Origin: an uncultured Clostridia bacterium
GTDB lineage: Bacteria > Bacillota > Clostridia > Christensenellales > UBA3700
Assembly (NCBI GenBank): GCA_944383935.1
Contig: CALWRK010000003.1
Coordinates: 1-43,716 of the forward strand
Direction: 5' to 3'
Length of the DNA stretch: 43,716 bases
Each line of letters starts with the position of its first letter. The stretch's first letter is position 1. Below the pieces are notes generated by a model, which had not been told where the DNA came from, made no database searches, and saw only the letters and a program-made list of their open reading frames with translations. The position numbers and the translations under genes were made by a program. Positions 9,639 to 18,891 of the stretch are shown here, in pieces.

Positions 9639-10943
9639 TTATTTTCTCAGCCCTTTGGGGTAAAAGTTTTTCAGTACGCCGCCCACGGCTTTTCCCCAGC
9701 CCAGGGAGATATGGTCGGTGAGCACGAGCGTCCAGCCGTCGTCCAAGTTGGCGGGCAGCGTTTCGCCATGCAGGTAGGAAAGGACAGCTTTTTCCTCTGA
9801 CGGCAAATTTATCGCGCGCTTTACTTCCTCTTCTTTTAAGGCGAGGGCGAGAGAGTGGTGGGGAATGAATCTGCCGCGCTCGAAGTCGCCGAGCGGCAAG
9901 CCCATGCGCAAACATCTAATACCGCTCATGTCGGGGCACGCCCTAGGAGTGCAATAAATCGTGCTCCCCACCGTGTTGTTGTATTCTATGTTGCAATTTA
10001 GGGTCTGCTTTTCAAATTGTTCAAAGAGCTTTACCGCGTCCTTTTGCACGGCGAGCTTTTGCGTTTTATAGGACAGGGGCGCTCCGCTTTGTTTTTTCAG
10101 CACGCACACGAAATGCCCTTCGCCCTTCACCTTATGAGGATAGAGGCGCAGACCTATGCCGCCTATGCCGCGCACAATGCCGGGGACGTCGTCTATCGGA
10201 GTGGGGGAGAGGGAAAATTCGCGATGTTCGCGCAAAAAGTTCTCTATCACGTCCTCGTTTTCCGCCCTCTCGAAAGTGCAGGTGGAGTAAATTATCCTGC
10301 CTCCCGGCGCTGTCAGGCGTGCGGCTTGTCTTATTATATCCGCGCTGCGCACCGCACACATGGCACAATTTTCCTCGCTCCACTCTTCTACGGCTATCTC
10401 CCGCCGCCTGAACATCCCCTCGCCCGAACAGGGAACGTCGGCTATCACAACGTCGAAAATCTCTCCCCACTTGTCCGCGAGTTTTTGCGGAGCTTCGCTT
10501 GTCACCGCGGCGTTTTTGATCCCGCATCGTTCGATGTTCTGCGCCAAGACTTTGGCGCGGGAGGGCACTATTTCGTTGCTCACCAAAAGGGAGGGGGAAA
10601 AGCAAGCCGCGTGCGTACTCTTTCCGCCGGGAGCGGCGCACAGATCCAGCACCTTTTCTCCCTCTTTTATATCCGCCGCCTCTGCCACCGCCATTGCGGA
10701 AGGCTCTTGGATATAGTATGCGCCCGCTTCGTGGAGGGGGGATTTGCCCGGCGCGCCGACGTAGTATCTGCCCAAAGGACACCACGCCACTTCATCCGTG
10801 CAGCACACGGGTACGGCGCGGGTCTTTATCGTATTTATGCGCAGCGCAAGGGGAGAGGGGCGGTTGTATTCCGCAATGAATGCGTCGTAGTCGCAGCCCG
10901 GCAGGCTGCGCATCTTTTCTTTGAAAGCCTCGGGAAGATTCAT
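9639..10943 (-). CDS. NOL1/NOP2/Sun-family rRNA m5C methyltransferase (RsmF/RsmB-like)
   Basis: The N-terminus LPEAFKEKM...RINTIK resembles RsmF. The SAM site is VLDLCAAPGGKSTH and the catalytic motifs are DVPCSGEGMFRR and YSTCT. Confidence 0.85.
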   Translation of the reverse strand: MNLPEAFKEKMRSLPGCDYDAFIAEYNRPSPLALRINTIKTRAVPVCCTDEVAWCPLGRYYVGAPGKSPLHEAGAYYIQEPSAMAVAEAADIKEGEKVLDLCAAPGGKSTHAACFSPSLLVSNEIVPSRAKVLAQNIERCGIKNAAVTSEAPQKLADKWGEIFDVVIADVPCSGEGMFRRREIAVEEWSEENCAMCAVRSADIIRQAARLTAPGGRIIYSTCTFERAENEDVIENFLREHREFSLSPTPIDDVPGIVRGIGGIGLRLYPHKVKGEGHFVCVLKKQSGAPLSYKTQKLAVQKDAVKLFEQFEKQTLNCNIEYNNTVGSTIYCTPRACPDMSGIRCLRMGLPLGDFERGRFIPHHSLALALKEEEVKRAINLPSEEKAVLSYLHGETLPANLDDGWTLVLTDHISLGWGKAVGGVLKNFYPKGLRK

Positions 10944-10949
10944 ACTACA

Positions 10950-10978
10950 AGTATATCAAAAGGTCGCTCCGCGGGCAA
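10950..10978 (-). promoter_or_regulatory. candidate promoter placing the TSS at or next to the rsmF-like ATG (possible leaderless mRNA)
   Basis: On the minus strand: TTGCCC (10978-10973), 17 nt, TATACT (10955-10950), then 6 nt to ATG 10943. No SD-like purine tract lies in between. Confidence 0.35.
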
Positions 10979-11012
10979 GTAAAAGCGAAAAAGAACTCTT
11001 TTTTCCGCCCGT

Positions 11013-11041
11013 TTGACATCCCCTTAAAATGTATATATAAT
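11013..11041 (+). promoter_or_regulatory. sigma-A type promoter, exact consensus
   Basis: TTGACA (11013-11018), 17 nt, TATAAT (11036-11041). It lies 35 nt upstream of ATG 11077. Confidence 0.6.
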
Positions 11042-11076
11042 ATAAGCGACAAACTTATAAAGTAAAGAGGGCTGAC

Positions 11077-12135
11077 ATGAAAAAGATGAAAGGTTTTATG
11101 CAAGCGGGTATAGTCGTCGTATATATCCTGCTGGTGTGGACGATAGTCGTGCCGCTTATCGCCACCTATTTCCTCTACCGCTATCTGTTCGGCAAGCGCT
11201 GCGACAAGACGGAGGGGGTGCTCACGGCGGCGGATTATCCCAATCTGGACTGCTCGGCGTTCACCGTGAAGTCGGGGAAAGAGGATTTGGCTTGTTTTGA
11301 GTACCGCGACAGGGAAAAATGCACCTCGGAGGCGGTCATGCTGGTATGTCACGGCATAGGTTGTTCCCACGGCAACTATCTCAACAGGATAAACTATTTT
11401 GCGCAAAAGGGGTACATCGTGCTCGGCTTTGACATCACCGGCTGCGGCGACAGCACGGGCAGCGGCATAAAAGGACTGCCCCAAGCCCATGTGGATATAG
11501 ATAAGGTGCTCACATACATAGAAAATTCTCCCGAATACGGCTCGCTGCCCCTCTTGGTTTACGGGCACAGTTGGAGCGGATTCGGCGTGGCGGCGGCGCT
11601 CAACTACGGACATAAGCCGGCAGCGGTGGTGTCTGCCAGCGGCTTCAACAAAGAGCGCAGCATAATCCGCTTCCAGGCGGTGAGAATGGCGGGCAAGATA
11701 GGCGTGCTTTCTATGCCCTGGTTTGCGGTGATAGAGCGGATGATATACGGCAAGAGCGCGGCATATACCGCCGTTTCCGGAATAAACGCATATGGCGGTC
11801 CCGTACTCGTGGCGCACAGCAAGGACGATCCCACCGTACCCTACGACTGTTCCGTGGCGGCTGCGGAGGGGATAACCAATCCTCGCGTGGAAAAACTCAT
11901 ATATGAGGACAGGGGACACACTCTCTCCCGTTCCGTAGAAGCGGAAAACACGATTAAAAAGGACATTGTCGGCAAGCCCCGCCGCAAGGTGCGCAAGGGG
12001 GAGTGCTATTTCAAGTACGAAGTGGACGTGCACTACCACTACTCTGCGCGCGAAGTCGTGTTCGACACGGACGAGGCGTTTATGGATAAGGTGGAGGCGT
12101 TCTGCTCCTCCGCCCTCAAAGGAGAGAAAAAATGA
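11077..12135 (+). CDS. membrane-anchored alpha/beta hydrolase
   Basis: An N-terminal TM helix (GIVVVYILLVWTIVVPLIATYF), the HG oxyanion motif (VCHGIG), the nucleophile elbow GHSWSG and a late D..H (HSKDD ... RGH) are present. Confidence 0.75.
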   Translation: MKKMKGFMQAGIVVVYILLVWTIVVPLIATYFLYRYLFGKRCDKTEGVLTAADYPNLDCSAFTVKSGKEDLACFEYRDREKCTSEAVMLVCHGIGCSHGNYLNRINYFAQKGYIVLGFDITGCGDSTGSGIKGLPQAHVDIDKVLTYIENSPEYGSLPLLVYGHSWSGFGVAAALNYGHKPAAVVSASGFNKERSIIRFQAVRMAGKIGVLSMPWFAVIERMIYGKSAAYTAVSGINAYGGPVLVAHSKDDPTVPYDCSVAAAEGITNPRVEKLIYEDRGHTLSRSVEAENTIKKDIVGKPRRKVRKGECYFKYEVDVHYHYSAREVVFDTDEAFMDKVEAFCSSALKGEKK

Positions 12136-12716
12136 ATGCGAACACTTCAACGCTCATAAAACTCACAAACGGCTTTGCACCCGACGTCCCCTTGGCGCGA
12201 GTGGACGAACTTATCCGCGACGTCTGCTCCCATGCGGATGAGGAGGACAAGCGGGAACTTGGCAAATACCGTCCGTATATAAAAGCGAGAAGGGAGCAGG
12301 GATTGGTGAAGAGGCAGGAGCTGAAAGAGGGCATAGCCACACAAGAAGAGCTGGCGCCCTATTTGGACGAGCCCGATCCGCGCGCGCCCAAAGACGTGCT
12401 CAGATTGGTGATAACTTTTCCGCTGTTCGCCATATTTTTGACGGTGGGACTTTGCTGCCTGTATGCGGTGGACGCGGCGTACTTGGAGGCGCACTCCGCG
12501 CTCGTATATTTCGCGGTAGGTTCGATTGTCTTTGCGGGGCTTATGGGTTTGACCGCGCTGTTTGCCTTTATTTCGTACTGCAAGATACGGCGCTATAACA
12601 AAACGTTGCCCGAGCGCAACCTTGAAAAGCGCGATGAAGCGATAGCGGATTTGGACGGTCAGGTGGCGTATGAAATAATGCTGGCGGACCTACTCTTGAA
12701 AAAGATAGATGAGTGA
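12132..12716 (+). CDS. hypothetical membrane protein (two predicted TM helices)
   Basis: ATGA overlap with the hydrolase. Hydrophobic stretches are LRLVITFPLFAIFLTVGLCCLYAV and LVYFAVGSIVFAGLMGLTALFAFI. No family recognised. Confidence 0.55.
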   Translation: MNANTSTLIKLTNGFAPDVPLARVDELIRDVCSHADEEDKRELGKYRPYIKARREQGLVKRQELKEGIATQEELAPYLDEPDPRAPKDVLRLVITFPLFAIFLTVGLCCLYAVDAAYLEAHSALVYFAVGSIVFAGLMGLTALFAFISYCKIRRYNKTLPERNLEKRDEAIADLDGQVAYEIMLADLLLKKIDE

Positions 12717-13599
12717 AAAGTGCCGCCTGTGTCCGCGCGATTGCAAGGTGGACAGGACGCAGACGAAGGGCGTGTGCGGTATGCCGGAGGAGGTGTATAT
12801 CGGCAGGGCGTGCAGGCATATGTGGGAGGAACCTCCCATAAGCGGCACGCGCGGCAGCGGTACGATATTTTTTTCCGGATGCCCTTTGAAGTGCGTGTAC
12901 TGTCAAAATTATTCGCTTTCGCGCGGACAGGGTAGGAAGATAAGCGTGCGCGAACTTGCGGACATCTTCAAACTTTTGGAAGACGCCGGCGCGCATAACA
13001 TAAATTTGGTCACCGCCACACACTATACTCGCGCCATATTGCGCGCAATGGAGATATATCGTCCCCGCGTTCCCGTGGTGTTCAACTGCGGCGGATACGA
13101 GAGCATAAGCACGCTGGAAATGCTAAAAGACGCGGTGGATATATGGCTGCCCGACTATAAGTACGCCCTCCCGCTCCCCGCGCAAGAATACAGCGCCGCG
13201 CCCGACTATCCCGAACGCGCCCTTGCCGCCTTGGAGTATATGCGCAAGCTGGCGCCGCGAGATATCTTTGATGAAAACGGGGTAATGCAAAAGGGCATGA
13301 TCATCCGTCATCTCGTCCTACCGGGCAATTTGCAAAACACCTTTCAAGTGCTGGAAAATTCGGTGAAAATCGTGGGCAGGGATGGATTTTTCTCGCTTAT
13401 GGGACAGTATTATCCTGCGGGAGAAGCGGCAAAATTTCCTTGCCTTTCATCTCCCTTGAAACCGCTGGAATATAAACTCGCAATATCCCGTGCGGAAAAG
13501 TCGGGCATGAAAAACACCTTCATACAATCCCTTGAAAAAAACGAAAGCAAATATACCCCCGTCTTCGACGGCAGCGTGGGAGGGGAGATATACGGATGA
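12709..13599 (+). CDS. radical SAM protein, PflX-like (COG1313-type, homolog of PFL-activating enzymes)
   Basis: The CxxxCxxC motif is SGCPLKCVYCQNY. There is an N-terminal extra Cys cluster (CRLCPRDCKV...GVC), plus IWLPDYKY and RHLVLPG. Confidence 0.8.
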   Translation: MSEKCRLCPRDCKVDRTQTKGVCGMPEEVYIGRACRHMWEEPPISGTRGSGTIFFSGCPLKCVYCQNYSLSRGQGRKISVRELADIFKLLEDAGAHNINLVTATHYTRAILRAMEIYRPRVPVVFNCGGYESISTLEMLKDAVDIWLPDYKYALPLPAQEYSAAPDYPERALAALEYMRKLAPRDIFDENGVMQKGMIIRHLVLPGNLQNTFQVLENSVKIVGRDGFFSLMGQYYPAGEAAKFPCLSSPLKPLEYKLAISRAEKSGMKNTFIQSLEKNESKYTPVFDGSVGGEIYG

Positions 13600-13660
13600 T
13601 TTTTGAGGGACGCTATCGCTCGCAATAATTCTATTACACTTTATAAAAATCGTTTAACCG

Positions 13661-13689
13661 TTGACAAACTTCCGCCGCTTCTATATAAT
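13661..13689 (+). promoter_or_regulatory. sigma-A type promoter, exact consensus (hydrogenase operon)
   Basis: TTGACA (13661-13666), 17 nt, TATAAT (13684-13689). It lies 37 nt upstream of ATG 13727. Confidence 0.65.
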
Positions 13690-13726
13690 TAAATTAGTAA
13701 AAACTCTACTACAAGGGGTGGAATTT

Positions 13727-13975
13727 ATGAAGATAAGCGTATGCGTAGGCAGTTCTTGCCATCTCAAAGGCTCATATGACGTGATTATGGGCTTCAAAAA
13801 GCTCATCGAAGAACACGGCGTCGGGGATAAGGTCGATTTGGAAGCGTCTTTCTGCCTGGGTCACTGTGCCGAGGGCGTCACGATAAAGATAGACGATGAG
13901 ATAGTCACCGGGCTTACGGGCGACAACGTGAAAAAGGTGTTTGAAGAAAGGGTGCTTCCCGAGGTAGAAAAATGA
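13727..13975 (+). CDS. thioredoxin-like [2Fe-2S] ferredoxin (NuoE/HfsA-like small protein)
   Basis: MKISVCVGSSCHLKG...FCLGHCAEG gives the C-x4-C...C-x3-C pattern. The RBS AAGGGG precedes ATG 13727. The longer ORF from 13661 would start inside the promoter. Confidence 0.8.
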   Translation: MKISVCVGSSCHLKGSYDVIMGFKKLIEEHGVGDKVDLEASFCLGHCAEGVTIKIDDEIVTGLTGDNVKKVFEERVLPEVEK

Positions 13976-15681
13976 GCAGCGGGATGTACCTGGAATTCAA
14001 GCCGGCAAACTGTAAGGACTGTTACAGGTGCCTGCGTTCCTGTCCGGTAAAGGCGATAGAAGTTGCCACGCATCAAGCCACGATAATAGAAGAAAGGTGC
14101 ATACTGTGCGGCAAGTGCACGCTGGTGTGTCACCAAAACGCCAAGGTGGTGCACAGCGGCAGGGCGGAAGTGGAGCGGCTGCTGCAAGAGGGGAACGTGA
14201 TCGCCTCCGTGGCGCCGTCGTTCGTGTCCAGCCTGGGCATAAACAACTTTGAGATATTGAGGAACGGGCTTAAACAGATGGGCTTTGCGGACGCGGAGGA
14301 AACCGCGCGCGGCGCGGCAGCGGTGGTGGAGTGCTTCAAGCAGGACTTGGAGAGCGGGAAGTACCGCAACTACATCACTTCTTGCTGTCCGGCGGTGAAC
14401 AGGCTCATTCAGCTGTACTACCCCGACGCGCTGAAATATCTCTCACCCGTGGTGTCCCCCATGGTCGCGCACGGCAATATGCTTAAACGCGAGAATCCGG
14501 GGGCGAAGGTGGTGTTTATCGGCCCCTGTATAGCAAAAAAGCGGGAGGCGGCGGAGAGCGGCGTGATAGACGGCGTGCTCACTTTCGAAGAGACGTTGGA
14601 GATGATGCGCGACAAATGCGTTACCTTGGGCAGCGAGAATATAAGCGAGGACGGACATGGATTGAGGGCGCGCTATTTCCCCATTCCGCGCGGCGTGATA
14701 AAGTCCTTTGACAAGTTGCCGGAGGGGTACGAATATCTGGCGGTGGACGGCGTGGAACGCTGCAAAGAAGTGCTGGAAAACATAGGGGATATGGACGGGG
14801 CCTTCATAGAGATGAACGCCTGCGAATACGCCTGCATCAACGGCCCGTGCGCCATTCGCAACAAGGGCGGCGCGATAAAGGCGAACGAGGCGGTGCGCGG
14901 CTATGCAGGCAGCGGAGGCTGTAAAGTGCCCGCGTTTGCCGAGGAAGATTTGGCGGGTATGAGGCAGATTCATCGCCGCCTGCACGCAAAGGGCTTTGAC
15001 GTGAGCGAAGAGCGCTTGCTCAAAATCATGGCAAAGACGGGCAGGGACAAGCCGGAAAATCAGCTAAATTGCGGCGCGTGCGGCTACGATTCCTGCCGTC
15101 AGAAGGCGTGGGCTGTCGCAAACGGCTTTGCGGATATATCCATGTGCCTGCCCTATATGAGGCAGAGGGCGGAATCGCTGTCCTACGAGATAATACAAAA
15201 CAGCCCCAACGGCATATTGGTGCTGGACGGTGATATGCGCGTTTTGCAGATGAACAACGCCGCAAAGAAGATGTTCGGCGTGACGGAGAGCGATCCTAAG
15301 GGTATGCTTCTGGTGGACTTTGCCGACCCTACGGAGTACATCGCCGCCTACGAGAACAAGACGGGCTTTACGCGGAGGTGCGAGTTCATCAAAAAGACGG
15401 GCAGGTATGCGGAGATAAACGCGGTGGTGCTCAAAGAACACAACGTACTGTTTGCGCTGTATAAGGACATAACGGACGAAAAACAATATGAAGGCAAGCT
15501 ACATCAGCTCACTTCCGAAACGCTGGCTACTACCGACGAGGTCATAATGAAGCAGATGAGAGTGGCGCAGGAGATAGCCTCCCTGCTGGGAGAAACCACC
15601 GCGGAGACCAAGGTGGCGCTGCTCAAACTGAAAGGTATGCTCAAACGCGAGGAGGAGGCGGAAGATGGCGCTGGATATTGA
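13972..15681 (+). CDS. hydS: putative sensory [FeFe]-hydrogenase (group C, HydS/HfsB-like) with C-terminal PAS domain
   Basis: It has two CxxCxxCxxxC ferredoxin motifs. H-cluster motifs are TSCCP (aa 136-140), GPCIAKKRE (184-192) and EMNACEYACING (280-291). An extra motif runs C367-x2-C-x4-C-x16-C392. A PAS-like region spans about aa 400-505. Confidence 0.85.
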   Translation: MSSGMYLEFKPANCKDCYRCLRSCPVKAIEVATHQATIIEERCILCGKCTLVCHQNAKVVHSGRAEVERLLQEGNVIASVAPSFVSSLGINNFEILRNGLKQMGFADAEETARGAAAVVECFKQDLESGKYRNYITSCCPAVNRLIQLYYPDALKYLSPVVSPMVAHGNMLKRENPGAKVVFIGPCIAKKREAAESGVIDGVLTFEETLEMMRDKCVTLGSENISEDGHGLRARYFPIPRGVIKSFDKLPEGYEYLAVDGVERCKEVLENIGDMDGAFIEMNACEYACINGPCAIRNKGGAIKANEAVRGYAGSGGCKVPAFAEEDLAGMRQIHRRLHAKGFDVSEERLLKIMAKTGRDKPENQLNCGACGYDSCRQKAWAVANGFADISMCLPYMRQRAESLSYEIIQNSPNGILVLDGDMRVLQMNNAAKKMFGVTESDPKGMLLVDFADPTEYIAAYENKTGFTRRCEFIKKTGRYAEINAVVLKEHNVLFALYKDITDEKQYEGKLHQLTSETLATTDEVIMKQMRVAQEIASLLGETTAETKVALLKLKGMLKREEEAEDGAGY

Positions 15682-16825
15682 GTACGGCTACACTTCGCTG
15701 AATAAGGCGGGGGAAGAGCTGTGCGGCGACAATGTGCAGATATACTCGGACGGAGAAAACACCACCGTGGTGCTCGCCGACGGTATGGGCAGCGGCGTAA
15801 AAGCAAATATATTGTCCATGCTCACGTCCAAGATATTGTGCACGATGGTCGCCAACGAAATATCCATAGAAGACTGCGTGGAAACCATACTGGAAACACT
15901 CCCCGTATGCAAGGTGAGAGGAGTGGCATACGCCACTTTTACCGTGGTGCATATCGACAAGGACGGAAAGGGAGTCATGTTTGAATTCGACAATCCTCCC
16001 GCCATCTACTACCACCGCGGCAAGTGCGAGGACTTTGAAAGACAGGAACTCACCGTGCTGGGCAAAAAGGTGTACAAAAGCAACCTCAGCCTGGAAGAGG
16101 GGGACATAATCGTATTTATGAGCGACGGGGTCATCCATGCGGGGATAGGAATGCTGCTCAACTTCGGCTGGCAGCGGCCGGAGGTGATGGACTTTCTCAA
16201 TAAATCCGTCACTCCGCGCATGACGGCAAAGGCGGTGGCGTGCCTGCTTGCGGGGGCGTGCAACGACCTTTATATGGATAAGCCGGGAGACGATACGACA
16301 GTTGCCGCCGTAAAGTTGCGTAAAAGTTTGGAAGTTGCTATAATGGTTGGTGCGCCCGTGAATAAGGATATGGACGACTATTGCGTGGACAAGCTGATGA
16401 GCTATGAGGGCAAGAAGGCGGTATGCGGCGGAACCACTTCCCAGATAGTGGCGCGCCATTTGGGTACCAAGGTGGATACGGTGTTGGACTTTGTGGACAA
16501 GGACATCCCGCCCATCGGGCACATAGACGGCATAGACGTGACCACGGAGGGAGTTATAACGCTCAGGCGCCTATTGGAGCTGGCGGAGAAATACAACTCC
16601 ACCTCCGACCTCTCGCCCAAGTATTATGACAAAAAGGACGGCGCTTCCTTACTTGCGAATCTTTTATTCGAGCAAGCCACGAGCGTGCACTTTTTGGTGG
16701 GGCAGAGCGCGAATATCGCGCACAAGGGCTTGCCGATAGATATAACCATGAAATTAAAACTCGTGGAGCGCCTTGCGGACAACCTGCGCAAGATGGGCAA
16801 ACGGGTGGAGATAGAATATAATTGA
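15665..16825 (+). CDS. PP2C/SpoIIE-family serine phosphatase with an unassigned C-terminal domain (HfsC-like)
   Basis: GEELCGDNV, VLADGMGSG, SDGVIHAG and GDDTTVAAV are PP2C metal and catalytic motifs. Residues ~220-386 match no domain I recognise. The gene overlaps the hydS end by 17 nt. Confidence 0.8.
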   Translation: MALDIEYGYTSLNKAGEELCGDNVQIYSDGENTTVVLADGMGSGVKANILSMLTSKILCTMVANEISIEDCVETILETLPVCKVRGVAYATFTVVHIDKDGKGVMFEFDNPPAIYYHRGKCEDFERQELTVLGKKVYKSNLSLEEGDIIVFMSDGVIHAGIGMLLNFGWQRPEVMDFLNKSVTPRMTAKAVACLLAGACNDLYMDKPGDDTTVAAVKLRKSLEVAIMVGAPVNKDMDDYCVDKLMSYEGKKAVCGGTTSQIVARHLGTKVDTVLDFVDKDIPPIGHIDGIDVTTEGVITLRRLLELAEKYNSTSDLSPKYYDKKDGASLLANLLFEQATSVHFLVGQSANIAHKGLPIDITMKLKLVERLADNLRKMGKRVEIEYN

Positions 16826-16832
16826 GGCGGAT

Positions 16833-17378
16833 ATGAAGATAATGATAGCTTCGGACGTGCACGGCTCGTCCTACTATGCAGACAAGATAAAAAAGACGTA
16901 CGAAAGCGAGGGCGCCGGTCTGCTCGTGCTTTTGGGCGACATATACAATCCCGGACCGCGCAATCCCATAGATAAAGTGAGGGAATACGCGCCGCTAGAA
17001 GTGGCGGAAGTGTTCAACGGCATGAAGGAGAATTTGATGGTGATAAAGGGTAACTGCGACAGTCAGGTGGATACCCTCATCTCCGAATTTCATTTTGCGG
17101 AAGAGGGAGTCATATTCGACTGCGGCAAGAGGATAACCTTGACGCACGGGCATATCTTCAACAAGGACAATCTGCCGCCTGCGTGCGGGGACGCCCTGCT
17201 ATACGGTCATGTACACACGGGATTTATCATTAAGGCGGGGGATGTGACCGTGGCTAATCCCGGATCGGTTACTTTACCCAAGGAGGGTACGGCGCACAGC
17301 TATCTCATCTTGGAAAACGGAAAACTTACGCTCAAAGATATAGAGAGCAAAGCGGTATTGGCGCAGGCTGAGATATAG
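16833..17378 (+). CDS. yfcE: YfcE-type Mn-dependent phosphodiesterase (MJ0936 metallophosphoesterase family)
   Basis: It is collinear with E. coli YfcE. Matching motifs are ASDVHGS, LGDIYNPGPRN, KGNCDS, THGH, YGHVH and NPGSV. Confidence 0.9.
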   Translation: MKIMIASDVHGSSYYADKIKKTYESEGAGLLVLLGDIYNPGPRNPIDKVREYAPLEVAEVFNGMKENLMVIKGNCDSQVDTLISEFHFAEEGVIFDCGKRITLTHGHIFNKDNLPPACGDALLYGHVHTGFIIKAGDVTVANPGSVTLPKEGTAHSYLILENGKLTLKDIESKAVLAQAEI

Positions 17379-17427
17379 TATATCACAGGGAAAATTATGG
17401 AGTAATAAAGAGGCAGGAGAGAGGACT

Positions 17428-18882
17428 ATGTTCAACAAGTTCGACACAAAAATTCAAGAGTTGAAGTATGAAGTGCTCAAAGAGCTCATCCGCAGGCGCT
17501 ATGAAGGGAATATGGAGAATATCTATACGGAAATTCCCAAAAAGATAGTGCCCGGCCCCAAAGCCACCATGCGTTGCTGTATCTATAAAGAGCGCGCCAT
17601 CTTGCAAGAGCGTATCAAGCTGGGTCTGGGCGGAGATAAGAGCAACCCCAACGTGATAGAGGTCATAGACGAAGCGTGTGACGAATGCCCCGTGGGCGGC
17701 ATATACGTCACTCCCGCTTGCCGCGGCTGTCTGAACCATATGTGCCAGCAAAGCTGTCCCAAGGGCGCGATCACGATAGTCAACAACCGCCCTGTGATAG
17801 ATAAGGAAAAGTGCATAGAATGCGGCAAGTGCGTGCAGAGTTGCCCGTACAACGCCATCATCCACCAGCAGCGCCCCTGCGTCCAAAGCTGCAAGGTGAA
17901 GGCTATCACCATGAATGAGGACAAGAAAGCGCGCGTGGATATGAGTAAGTGTATAATGTGCGGAGCGTGCGTATATCAATGTCCTTTCGGCGCCATTCAG
18001 GATAAGTCGTATATCATGGATTGCATAGATATATTGCAGGGGTCGGAGAACAACACAAAGTATAAAGTGCACGCCGTAATAGCTCCGGCAATAGTCAGCC
18101 AGTTCAAATACGCCGCGATAGAACAGGTCATCACGGGCATAAAGATGCTCGGATTCCACCAGGTCACGGAGGCGGCGCTGGGCGCGGACGTGGTGCTCTA
18201 TCACGAAGCGCAGGAGTTTAAGGAAAAGGGACTTATGACCACTTCCTGCTGCCCGTCGTTCGTCATGTTCGTGGAGAAGAATTTTCCCGAGCTCAGGCAG
18301 TACATCTCCTCTTCCAAATCCCCCATGGTGGAGGCGGCGAACATCATAAAGCGCACCGACCCCACGGCAAAAGTGGTGTTTATAGGACCGTGCACTTCCA
18401 AGAAGATGGAGTTCAGGATGCCCAAAACGGAGGGCGCGATAGACTGCGTTATCTCCTTTGAAGAGTTGCAGGCTTTCTTAGACGCGCGCGATATAGACGT
18501 GTCTTCGCTCGACCGCACGCCGTTGGATAACGCCTCCTACTACGGCAGAATTTTCGCCAAATCCTGCGGCATAGCCCAGGGAATACGCGCCGTGGGCGAA
18601 GAGATGGGCGTGACGGGAATAGTGCCCATAGCCATGAGCGGCATAGACCAGTGCCGCATGAATCTGCTCAAACTCAAAATGGGCAGGGCGGCTGAGAATT
18701 TCTTTGAAGGAATGGCTTGCGACGGCGGCTGCATAAACGGCGCACTCTGCCTGCATCACGGTATGCGCAACGTCGTGGATGTGGATAATTACGGCAAGTC
18801 GGCAAAGGAAAAGACCATAGACGGTTCCGTAAGACTTTACAAGATGAGTCTGGAAGCGGAAGAAAAGAGAAAGAAAGAATAA
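17428..18882 (+). CDS. [FeFe]-hydrogenase, group B-like, with multi-cluster N-terminal region
   Basis: Canonical H-cluster motifs are TSCCPSF, GPCTSKKME and EGMACDGGCING. Several CxxCxxCxxxCP motifs lie upstream (CIECGKCVQSCP, CIMCGACVYQCP). Confidence 0.85.
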   Translation: MFNKFDTKIQELKYEVLKELIRRRYEGNMENIYTEIPKKIVPGPKATMRCCIYKERAILQERIKLGLGGDKSNPNVIEVIDEACDECPVGGIYVTPACRGCLNHMCQQSCPKGAITIVNNRPVIDKEKCIECGKCVQSCPYNAIIHQQRPCVQSCKVKAITMNEDKKARVDMSKCIMCGACVYQCPFGAIQDKSYIMDCIDILQGSENNTKYKVHAVIAPAIVSQFKYAAIEQVITGIKMLGFHQVTEAALGADVVLYHEAQEFKEKGLMTTSCCPSFVMFVEKNFPELRQYISSSKSPMVEAANIIKRTDPTAKVVFIGPCTSKKMEFRMPKTEGAIDCVISFEELQAFLDARDIDVSSLDRTPLDNASYYGRIFAKSCGIAQGIRAVGEEMGVTGIVPIAMSGIDQCRMNLLKLKMGRAAENFFEGMACDGGCINGALCLHHGMRNVVDVDNYGKSAKEKTIDGSVRLYKMSLEAEEKRKKE

Positions 18883-18891
18883 AAAGACATT

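Noticed and set aside
10017-12150. ORFs 10017-10982 (+, 321 aa) and 10945-12150 (-, 401 aa)
   Set aside because: They are antisense to the rsmF-like gene and the alpha/beta hydrolase respectively. They show no motifs and have an Arg/His-rich composition.
12709-13599. Radical SAM gene as the hydrogenase maturase HydE or HydG
   Set aside because: It is too short and has PflX/PFL-activase-like architecture, with an N-terminal extra Cys cluster and no HydG/HydE-type C-terminal features. It also belongs to the preceding operon, not the one driven by the promoter at 13661.
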